From IMG/VR virus record IMGVR_UViG_3300032239_000669, positions 1 through 29,285 of that record: 29,285 nt of DNA. The stretch is one strand, 5' to 3'. The position numbers and the translations under genes are program-made. Positions 17,450 through 24,765 of the stretch are shown in pieces. The stretch's first letter is position 1, and each line of letters starts with the position of its first letter. This DNA comes from a virus. Taxonomy: Duplodnaviria > Caudoviricetes. The notes beneath the pieces are model-generated. The model was not told the DNA's origin and did no database searches. It saw only the letters and a program-made list of their open reading frames with translations.

Positions 17450-17683
17450 ATGGCTATAACGAAAACAACAGCGAAGAAAGCCCCGGCAAAGCCCCCAGAA
17501 GAGGCCGTGGAGAGCGTGCAGACCTACCGGATGCCCAAGGACGTCTCGGACTGGATTGAGGGCGCATCGGCCCGTATCACGTACCTGACCAGCACGGTGG
17601 AGCGGCTGAAGCAGGAGAACAAGAACCTACGCGCCAGCCACAAGCTGATGGAGCAGCGCGTGATGGGCAACTCACAGGAGTAA
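17450..17683 (+). CDS. Hypothetical coiled-coil protein
   Basis: AAGGAG RBS. Confidence 0.75.
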   Translation: MAITKTTAKKAPAKPPEEAVESVQTYRMPKDVSDWIEGASARITYLTSTVERLKQENKNLRASHKLMEQRVMGNSQE

Positions 17684-17686
17684 GAC

Positions 17687-17980
17687 ATGGATAACGAAAT
17701 GATGAACGAAATTGTTCTTGAGGCAGCAAGGATTGAACAACTCGCGCTCAGTAGGGTCGACGAATTTGAGCGCAGGAACGGTGAAGGCACCTCGGTGGAC
17801 GTACTTTTCAACGCGGGCGGCATGATCGTGGCCAGCGCCCTTAGTTTGGTTGACGAGGATGAGCGAGAGGCGATGTTCGTCGCGGTGATGGTCAACATAG
17901 TTCAGAACGCCAAGATAGTGCTGGCGGAGCTTGAGACCAACGTCCTGCTCAACAAAATTCGGAAGGAGGCCAAGGAATGA
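17687..17980 (+). CDS. Hypothetical protein
   Basis: AGGAG RBS and ATGA overlap downstream. Confidence 0.7.
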   Translation: MDNEMMNEIVLEAARIEQLALSRVDEFERRNGEGTSVDVLFNAGGMIVASALSLVDEDEREAMFVAVMVNIVQNAKIVLAELETNVLLNKIRKEAKE

Positions 17981-18231
17981 GCAAACCAGAATTGACACCC
18001 CTCGCCCGGCAGCTACTCGGCCATAGCGGGACCATGCAGCTCTTCACCCAAAAGGAATTCGACCGGGCGCTGGAGGAGGCCAAGGCCGAGATCATGGCCT
18101 TCGCCATCGACGCAGCCCGGCAGGCCGTGGCGCTGGAGAACGAGGCGTGCGCACGGCTGGCCGACGAGTGCGTGAACATCGAAACGCTGGCCGACAGCAT
18201 TAGGCAAAGGCTATCGAAGCGGGTGCATTGA
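17977..18231 (+). CDS. Hypothetical phage protein ('ENEACA' helix)
   Basis: ATGA coupling and GGAGG upstream. Confidence 0.7.
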   Translation: MSKPELTPLARQLLGHSGTMQLFTQKEFDRALEEAKAEIMAFAIDAARQAVALENEACARLADECVNIETLADSIRQRLSKRVH

Positions 18232-18263
18232 TAGAAAAGTTTTTTTTTTGGGTATGCAAAATG

Positions 18264-18283
18264 CTGTAATTTCGTGTTACAGT
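18264..18283 (+). promoter_or_regulatory. Palindromic operator/promoter element, copy 1
   Basis: CTGTAA-N7-TTACAG overlapping the -10-like TACAGT. Confidence 0.55.
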
Positions 18284-18332
18284 AGAGGCGTTGGTTAATT
18301 CCGACCAACACATACACACAAAGGAAAATATC

Positions 18333-18569
18333 ATGGCATCAAAAATTTGGATCGAGTTGGAAAAGCCTACGAGCTTGGAGCACGGCGAAGAGCAGTGCAA
18401 GCTGGCCAACAAGATGCTCAAGCGCTTGGGCGTAGAGTCGATGGAATTTTGGATCGGCATGGGGCCGGGCAAAATGATCTACAACATCACTCTCAACGAC
18501 AGCGGGATGTTCGCGGAATGCGCTGATAGTGGTCACTGGTTCAACCTGAACCGTCTGGCAGGCGAGTAA
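18333..18569 (+). CDS. Hypothetical protein (78 aa)
   Basis: AAGGA RBS before the ATG at 18333. Has its own promoter-like element and terminator. Confidence 0.7.
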   Translation: MASKIWIELEKPTSLEHGEEQCKLANKMLKRLGVESMEFWIGMGPGKMIYNITLNDSGMFAECADSGHWFNLNRLAGE

Positions 18570-18575
18570 AACCAC

Positions 18576-18599
18576 CGGGGGCTTCGGCCCCCGTCTTTA
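18576..18599 (+). terminator. Probable intrinsic terminator
   Basis: CGGGGGC-TTCG-GCCCCCG followed by TCTTT. Confidence 0.65.
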
Positions 18600-18629
18600 C
18601 ACAATCTTTACAATTGGATACACCACAAA

Positions 18630-18649
18630 CTGTAATTCCGAGTTACAAT
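18630..18649 (+). promoter_or_regulatory. Palindromic operator/promoter element, copy 2
   Basis: CTGTAA-N7-TTACAA overlapping the -10-like TACAAT. Confidence 0.55.
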
Positions 18650-18685
18650 AACACCGTCTTCAACACACATACACCGGAGAGCACC

Positions 18686-19054
18686 ATGAACAAAGTATTC
18701 GACGAGAGCCTCGATCACATCATCCGCAACGACGACGACAAGATCTTCGTCGAGCCCTACGGCACCGACGGCGTCTGGCTGTCGATCCAAGCCCAGCGCA
18801 GCGCTGGCGTCACCAGCGTGGGCACGTCGATGTCCATCGAGACGGCCCGCCAACTGCGCGACGCGTTGGACGCGGTACTCGCTGGTGTGGCCCTGCCGGT
18901 CTTCACCGTCGAGGCCCTGACTGCGGGCAAGAACCACCACTACACCATCGACGTGCATGCCAAGGACGAGGACGCCGCCATCGACTGCGTGCTCCAGCAC
19001 TCGTTCGACGAGTTCCGCATGCTAGTGTGCGGCGAGATTGAGGTGGTCCTGTGA
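18686..19054 (+). CDS. Hypothetical protein
   Basis: GGAG RBS before the ATG at 18686. Confidence 0.7.
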   Translation: MNKVFDESLDHIIRNDDDKIFVEPYGTDGVWLSIQAQRSAGVTSVGTSMSIETARQLRDALDAVLAGVALPVFTVEALTAGKNHHYTIDVHAKDEDAAIDCVLQHSFDEFRMLVCGEIEVVL

Positions 19055-19233
19055 GCCCGGTCCAGATCCACGTGGAGTTCAACGACCTTCACATGCGGTA
19101 CGTCGCCACGCTGGGCAGCGGCGATCCCGAGGACCACGCGCCGTGGGCGTGGGGCCACACCGAGAAGAAGGCCATCGACGAGCTGCTGGCGCTTGAGGGC
19201 TTCCCGCAGGACACGCCCTACGTTCTTTGCTAA
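19051..19233 (+). CDS. Hypothetical protein (60 aa)
   Basis: GTGA overlap and GAGG RBS. Confidence 0.6.
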   Translation: MSPVQIHVEFNDLHMRYVATLGSGDPEDHAPWAWGHTEKKAIDELLALEGFPQDTPYVLC

Positions 19234-19276
19234 ACTGCGCTCCAAACGCGCTGCAAGATGCGCTGAAGGGGTACAA

Positions 19277-19780
19277 ATGGCAACTGGTAAAAAAGCGCGG
19301 CGTCCGGCAAACGATCCGCATTTCCCGGACAAAGAACAGATCAAGGACCGTCTGATCGCTTGGCTGTCCGAGGGCAAGACGCTGATGGATTTTTGTCGCG
19401 TGGAAGTCCACCCATCGTTCCGAACAATCTACAACTGGCAAGCCGAAGACTCTGTCTTTGATGCAAACATCGCGCGTGCGCGTGATATAGGGTACGATGC
19501 AATTGCCGAGGAAAGTCTGCAACTGGCGGATACGGAGCCGTTGAAAGTGTTCGACGAGCAGGGCAATAAGCGCTACGACCCCGGCAGCATTGCGTGGCGC
19601 AAGATGCAGATTGAGACGCGCTTAAAACTGCTGGCCAAGTGGAACCCCAAGAAGTACGGCGACAAGACGGTGCTGGCGGGCGACCCCGACGCCCCGGTGA
19701 ACATCGCCGTGGACTTCGTCACGTTCGACGCGATGCTCTCCAACCTAGAGCTGCTGCGCCACGATGGGCAACCTAGCTAA
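19277..19780 (+). CDS. terS: Terminase small subunit (Sf6 gp1-like)
   Basis: EGKTL..FC...PSFRTIYNW HTH, ARARDIG, IETRLKLLAKWNPKKYGDK. Upstream of TerL. Confidence 0.85.
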   Translation: MATGKKARRPANDPHFPDKEQIKDRLIAWLSEGKTLMDFCRVEVHPSFRTIYNWQAEDSVFDANIARARDIGYDAIAEESLQLADTEPLKVFDEQGNKRYDPGSIAWRKMQIETRLKLLAKWNPKKYGDKTVLAGDPDAPVNIAVDFVTFDAMLSNLELLRHDGQPS

Positions 19781-20063
19781 CCGGAAACCAGCATGGACCT
19801 CGCACACTTAGACACCATCGCAAAGAAGTACGATCTGAGCGATCCCGACCACCGCGCCAACTTCCGCATGGACGTCAGGGAGACCTACAAGCCCACCAGA
19901 ATGTCCGCCATCAACGAATGGACGGGCGGCAACCACAAGAGCCGGGAAGATGCTGTGCGCGCCTTGGCGGACACGTACATCGCCCAAAATCGCGGCGTGG
20001 TGCGCAAGGCTGCTGGCGGGCGCGTGAGCTGGTAAACCAACGCGATGGGCAACCTAGCTGACC
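19762..20063 (+). repeat. 21-bp direct repeat (1 mismatch) flanking an inserted gene
   Basis: CGATGGGCAACCTAGCT[A/G]ACC at 19762-19782 and 20043-20063. Confidence 0.9.
19793..20035 (+). CDS. Inserted hypothetical protein ending in KAAGGRV motif (80 aa)
   Basis: Lies between TerS and TerL, bracketed by the direct repeat. Confidence 0.7.
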   Translation: MDLAHLDTIAKKYDLSDPDHRANFRMDVRETYKPTRMSAINEWTGGNHKSREDAVRALADTYIAQNRGVVRKAAGGRVSW

Positions 20064-21460
20064 TGCTGCGCGACCCGCAGGTGCGGGCGCAGTATGCCAA
20101 GCTGCCCACCGAGCACCGCGCCGCGTTTGACTGGCGCGCCAAGTGGCTGCTGGCCGCGCACAAGCACCAGCTCGAACCGCCCGGCACGTGGTGGAACATA
20201 CACTTGATGGTCGCGGGTCGAGGGGCCGGAAAAACCCGGGCGGCGAGTGAAAATTTAGGGTGGTGGGCATGGCAGAACCCCAACACCCGGTGGCTGGTGT
20301 CGGCCCCGACATCCAGCGACCTGCGCGCCACCTGCTTCGAGGGCGATAGCGGGCTGCTATCGGTGATCCCCCCAGTGCTGATCAAGGACTACAACAAGTC
20401 GCTGCACGAGCTGGTGCTGGTCAACGGCAGCCTGATTAAGGGCATCCCGGCGTCCGAGCCCGAGCGCTTCCGTGGCCCGCAGTTTCACGGCGGATGGCTG
20501 GACGAGCTGGCCGCGTGGGATTACCTGCAAGAGAGCTGGGACATGATCATGTTCGGCATCCGGCTGGGCCAACGCACCAAGCTGATCTGCTCGACCACGC
20601 CCAAGCCCAAGGACGTGGTGCTGGACCTGATCGCCCGCGAGGGCGACGACGTGGTGATCACGCGCGCATCGACCTACGCCAACATCGCCAACCTAGCCCC
20701 GTCGTTTCAAAAGCAAATCTTGCAGTACGAGGGCACGAACCTCGGGCGGCAGGAGATCCACGCCGAGATCATCGACCCCGAGGAGGGCGGCATCGTCCAC
20801 CGGGACTGGTTCCGGCTGTGGCCTGACGGCAAGCCCTTCCCCCGCTTCGAGTACGTCATCCAGTCCTACGACTGCGGCTACAAGGACAAGGAGGCCAGCG
20901 ACCCGACCGGCAACATCACGCTGGGCGTGTTCAAGCCGCTGGACGGTGGCATGTGCGTCATGGTGATCGACTGCTGGCAGGAGAAGCTGACCTACCCCGA
21001 CCTGCGGCCCAAGATCATCGACGAGTACGAGACCGTGTACGGCGAGGGCAAGGAGAAGAAGCGCGTGGACCTGCTGCTGGTCGAGGACAAGGCGGCGGGC
21101 ATCAGCCTGATCCAAGACCTGCAGCGGGCCGGGCTGCCGGTGCGCGGCTACAACCCGGGCAAGGCGGACAAGAGCCAGCGCCTGAGCATCGTGGCCAACA
21201 TCATCAAGGCCGGGCGCGTCTGGGTGCCGGAGTCCAGCGTGCGCAAGGGCTACGTGCGGGACTGGGCCGAGGGCATGGTCAGCCAGATATGCTCGTTCCC
21301 CAACACGGCGCACGACGAGTACGTGGACTGCATCAGCCAAGCCCTGCGCTTCTTGCGCGACGCGGGCTGGATCAGCATCGACTTCCCCAAGGAGTGGGTG
21401 GACGAGGACGACTACATTGACGCGGGCGGGCGCAACCGCGAAAATCCGTACGCCGCGTAG
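20045..21460 (+). CDS. terL: Terminase large subunit
   Basis: Walker A AGRGAGKT, Walker B WLDE, STTP, nuclease SYD and FPN..HDEYVD. Confidence 0.95.
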   Translation: MGNLADLLRDPQVRAQYAKLPTEHRAAFDWRAKWLLAAHKHQLEPPGTWWNIHLMVAGRGAGKTRAASENLGWWAWQNPNTRWLVSAPTSSDLRATCFEGDSGLLSVIPPVLIKDYNKSLHELVLVNGSLIKGIPASEPERFRGPQFHGGWLDELAAWDYLQESWDMIMFGIRLGQRTKLICSTTPKPKDVVLDLIAREGDDVVITRASTYANIANLAPSFQKQILQYEGTNLGRQEIHAEIIDPEEGGIVHRDWFRLWPDGKPFPRFEYVIQSYDCGYKDKEASDPTGNITLGVFKPLDGGMCVMVIDCWQEKLTYPDLRPKIIDEYETVYGEGKEKKRVDLLLVEDKAAGISLIQDLQRAGLPVRGYNPGKADKSQRLSIVANIIKAGRVWVPESSVRKGYVRDWAEGMVSQICSFPNTAHDEYVDCISQALRFLRDAGWISIDFPKEWVDEDDYIDAGGRNRENPYAA

Positions 21461-21489
21461 AATGCGCGCCATCACCATAGGACCGAGCC

Positions 21490-24400
21490 ATGGCCACTAA
21501 ACCCTACCGCGACCCCAAGACCACCAAGATTGAGGACTGGAAGTGGCGGCCGCTTGAGCAGGTCCAAGAGCAGCTCGGCGGCCTGCGCGAGATTCCCGAC
21601 TACATCCAAAAGGGCTTCGGGGGGTTCATGGCCGAGCAGGCCGGGCGGTCCAAGCGCGGCGAGATGACGCCCCGCGACCTAATCAAGGCGTACACCATTG
21701 CCCAGTCCAGCATCGGGCGCGGCGGCCTGTCCCGCGACACGGCGACCAAGACCGGCATGAAGCTGCCCAACACAGGCGGCGAGGTTCGGCCCGAGGGCGC
21801 GTTCGCCGAGTGGCTGGGATCACCGGCTGGCCAAAAGTACCTCAACCTAGCCGAGCGCGGCACGGCGGATATGTCGGCCATCGGCGACCTGCAGGGCAAG
21901 TTCGCCCCGTTCGGCAAGCAGAACGACCAAGCCGAGAAGATGGTGCTGGCGGCCAAGATGGCCCAGCTCATGGGCCCGGGCCTGAACCAAGCGCTGACCG
22001 GCAGCACCGACGACTACCGCGACTACGCCGAGAAGATGAAGGGCATCGCCGGGGCCAAGTCCGGGTTCATCGGGTCGCTGCTGGGCCGGGGCGACCTGCC
22101 CACGCTGGACGCGCGCCAGCTCAACCTGCACACCGAAGGCGCGCCCGTCGGCGTCGGCTCGATCATGAATCGGGGCAAGGGCACTGGTGCCCGCGAGGCT
22201 GTGGACCGGCTGGCTGCCCGGCAGCGGGCCATGGAGCTGGGCATCGACCCAGAGCTGATGGACTACTACCAGCACCTCGCGCACCATGCCGTTTGGGACA
22301 AGACCGCAGGCGCAAAGACCACGCACGAGGACCTTGTCCGCGCCATGCGCGGGTATGCCAAGGGCGGCGCGGCGGAATACGAACACAAGTTCCCGCTGGA
22401 GCTGCCCAAGGCCCCCGTGCCCAGTACCCAAGAAATGCGGGCCATCGTTGATCGAGTTGCCCGTCAACAAGCAGGCGAACACGTCCGAGGCGACACCGCC
22501 AATAATCTGGCCGGGCGGTCAATGCGAGAGTCCCAGCGCGTGCAGCAAGTGCCCTACGAGCTGAAGCCCACCAAGGAGTTGCGCCCAACTCCGGTGTACA
22601 ACGCCCGCGAAGGCGACATCAACGTGGTGGTGCCCGGGGACCAAACCGTGTCCGACGTTATGCTCAAGCACGTCAATAACGTGCCAATCAACTCCCAGCA
22701 AGAAGGCGGCTCACGCTACGGTGAGGGCAAGCTGGACATCCCTGAAGCCAAACGCCCATTTTGGGCATCCGGCCCGGGACCCGCCCAAGCATTCCAGAAC
22801 AAGGTCACCCGGTTGGCCACGTTGACTGGGGATGACCCCCGCATCATTGCGTACCATTTGGCCATGGGCAACGACGCCAACAACTTTGCAATGCACCTTG
22901 TGGACGCCAACCTCAAAGCCATCCACGGCAAGGGCGCAACACCCGAAAGTATGGACGCCTTTAACCGCGTGGTGCAAGCAGGCGCAAAAGGCATTGGCCC
23001 GTTCCCACACTTTCCCGGCGTTCACAACCCCGATGAAGCCTACGAAGCCATGTTGCAAGACCCTGAGATGCGCAAGTGGTTCAACAACCGCATGAAGACG
23101 CCCAACATTACGCAAGCGCTGGGCCTGCCCAACGGGCTGGACATCGACTACGCGATTAGCCATCCCGAGCTGCGCAATATGGAAATCAATATGACTGGGC
23201 ATTCGGTGGGCCGTATGCGGCCCGGCGCGGAGCTTATCCCCGGCTCGGCCCACCACACTTACAGCCACGACATTCCGGGCGAATCGTTGGGCCGAGCACC
23301 TGAGCTGGCACCACTGGAGCTGGCGTTCTTAGATGCGACGCATTACATCAAGCCACGGTTGTCGGCCCCGCGCCACTACACTAAGACGATGCAGGGCGGA
23401 GCCCCGCACCAAGTGGTGGACGAGCGCTACTTAAACATGATGAACGACTATTACCATAAGTTGCGTCAAGCGCGCGGGTTTGCCGATGGCGGCGCGGTTG
23501 AGCCTGACAAGGACACCATGCTGGCCAGCCTGATGCTGCACAAAACACCCGACTCGGTGAACATCAAAGACGTCGGCGTCAATGAGGCACCCGACCTGCC
23601 CATCAAGGCGTACGTGTCGCCCAACGGCGGCAGCGGCGCTGGCCTGCCCATCGGCGGCGTGGACTTCCAGCCCCTGACGCCCGGCAACCAGTTGATGCCC
23701 ATGCAATCCGGCCAACAGCCGGGTATCCCCTCTCCCCAATCTATGGGAACACCCCCTATGGGGACACCCCCTATGGGGACACCCCCTATGGGGACACCCC
23801 CTATGGGGACACCCCCCGGCGCACCGCCACAACCCGGCCAACCACAGAGCAACATCCTGTCGCTGACTCGACCGGGGCAGGCTATGCAGGCCCTGCGGCC
23901 CAACCCACAGGCCATGCCGCAGCAGCCCGGACCGAACATGCCCAAAATGAAAAAAGGCGGTGGGGTTGAGGTCAAACCCACGGTGAAGGACGAAACGATC
24001 CAGCGCAAAATTCCCGAGATGGAAGACGCGGTCAAGGCATTGCAAGCCGAAACCATCACCCGGGCACAGTACGACAAGGTAGTCAAACAGCACAAGCCGG
24101 TGAAGCCTTACGAGTTCGTGCCACAACCCGCGACGGATGAGGATGCAGAACGCGCGCTGAAACCCGCGCAAAAAGATAAATGGCGCGGGCACGAGCAGTG
24201 GCCTGCGGGCCGCAAGGTTGGACTGCGCTTGGACATCCCGGCGTATGAGAACCACGGGGTGTGGGTCAACTCCATCCACGACGAAGAAGGTTCCGACGAA
24301 AACAAGTACCCGACCGCCTACAACTCGGTGTCATCGGTAAAAAACGCCACGTTTGATGCCAAGCCAGAAAAAGCCGTGCGCGTGGCCACGGGCGAACAGA

Positions 24401-24765
24401 ACAAGTCACCCTTTGCCCGCATCAAGGGCGAGTTGCACCACATGACCGAGGACGAGGCCGTGGAGCACATGAAGGCCAACCTGAACCACCCGGACTATGT
24501 GCAGGTCGGCATGGACCCGCGCAGGCACGGGTTCTTCTACGACCGCAAAACTATGAAACCGGTCACCCATTCCGCGCACGTGGTGCAGATTGGCCCGTTG
24601 GTGTTGGCGCATAAACCTACCTACGGCAAGCGCGAGACCTACGCTAAAGGCGGTGACGTCAAGCCGGTCGGCTACACTAAAGAGCGAGTTACAGTTTCAC
24701 CAAACCTCGACGCCATGCGCTACGAGATGGAGAGCGTGAAGCACTACACCAAGAAGGTTAAATGA
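21490..24765 (+). CDS. Large modular (polyvalent/polyprotein-like) head-region protein with HhH-glycosylase-like N-terminal module
   Basis: 1091 aa between terL and portal. Four [YFM][AK]xGG motifs separate distinct segments. KGIAGAK...G..D..TLD HhH-like motif. Confidence 0.65.
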   Translation: MATKPYRDPKTTKIEDWKWRPLEQVQEQLGGLREIPDYIQKGFGGFMAEQAGRSKRGEMTPRDLIKAYTIAQSSIGRGGLSRDTATKTGMKLPNTGGEVRPEGAFAEWLGSPAGQKYLNLAERGTADMSAIGDLQGKFAPFGKQNDQAEKMVLAAKMAQLMGPGLNQALTGSTDDYRDYAEKMKGIAGAKSGFIGSLLGRGDLPTLDARQLNLHTEGAPVGVGSIMNRGKGTGAREAVDRLAARQRAMELGIDPELMDYYQHLAHHAVWDKTAGAKTTHEDLVRAMRGYAKGGAAEYEHKFPLELPKAPVPSTQEMRAIVDRVARQQAGEHVRGDTANNLAGRSMRESQRVQQVPYELKPTKELRPTPVYNAREGDINVVVPGDQTVSDVMLKHVNNVPINSQQEGGSRYGEGKLDIPEAKRPFWASGPGPAQAFQNKVTRLATLTGDDPRIIAYHLAMGNDANNFAMHLVDANLKAIHGKGATPESMDAFNRVVQAGAKGIGPFPHFPGVHNPDEAYEAMLQDPEMRKWFNNRMKTPNITQALGLPNGLDIDYAISHPELRNMEINMTGHSVGRMRPGAELIPGSAHHTYSHDIPGESLGRAPELAPLELAFLDATHYIKPRLSAPRHYTKTMQGGAPHQVVDERYLNMMNDYYHKLRQARGFADGGAVEPDKDTMLASLMLHKTPDSVNIKDVGVNEAPDLPIKAYVSPNGGSGAGLPIGGVDFQPLTPGNQLMPMQSGQQPGIPSPQSMGTPPMGTPPMGTPPMGTPPMGTPPGAPPQPGQPQSNILSLTRPGQAMQALRPNPQAMPQQPGPNMPKMKKGGGVEVKPTVKDETIQRKIPEMEDAVKALQAETITRAQYDKVVKQHKPVKPYEFVPQPATDEDAERALKPAQKDKWRGHEQWPAGRKVGLRLDIPAYENHGVWVNSIHDEEGSDENKYPTAYNSVSSVKNATFDAKPEKAVRVATGEQNKSPFARIKGELHHMTEDEAVEHMKANLNHPDYVQVGMDPRRHGFFYDRKTMKPVTHSAHVVQIGPLVLAHKPTYGKRETYAKGGDVKPVGYTKERVTVSPNLDAMRYEMESVKHYTKKVK
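23741..23815 (+). repeat. 5 x 15-bp coding tandem repeat (MGTPP)
   Basis: CTATGGG[A/G]ACACCCC x5 in the Pro/Gln-rich segment. Confidence 0.95.

Noticed and set aside
18240-18249. T10 run as terminator or phase-variable tract
   Set aside because: It is intergenic with no convincing GC stem upstream, and is more likely part of the promoter's AT-rich flank.
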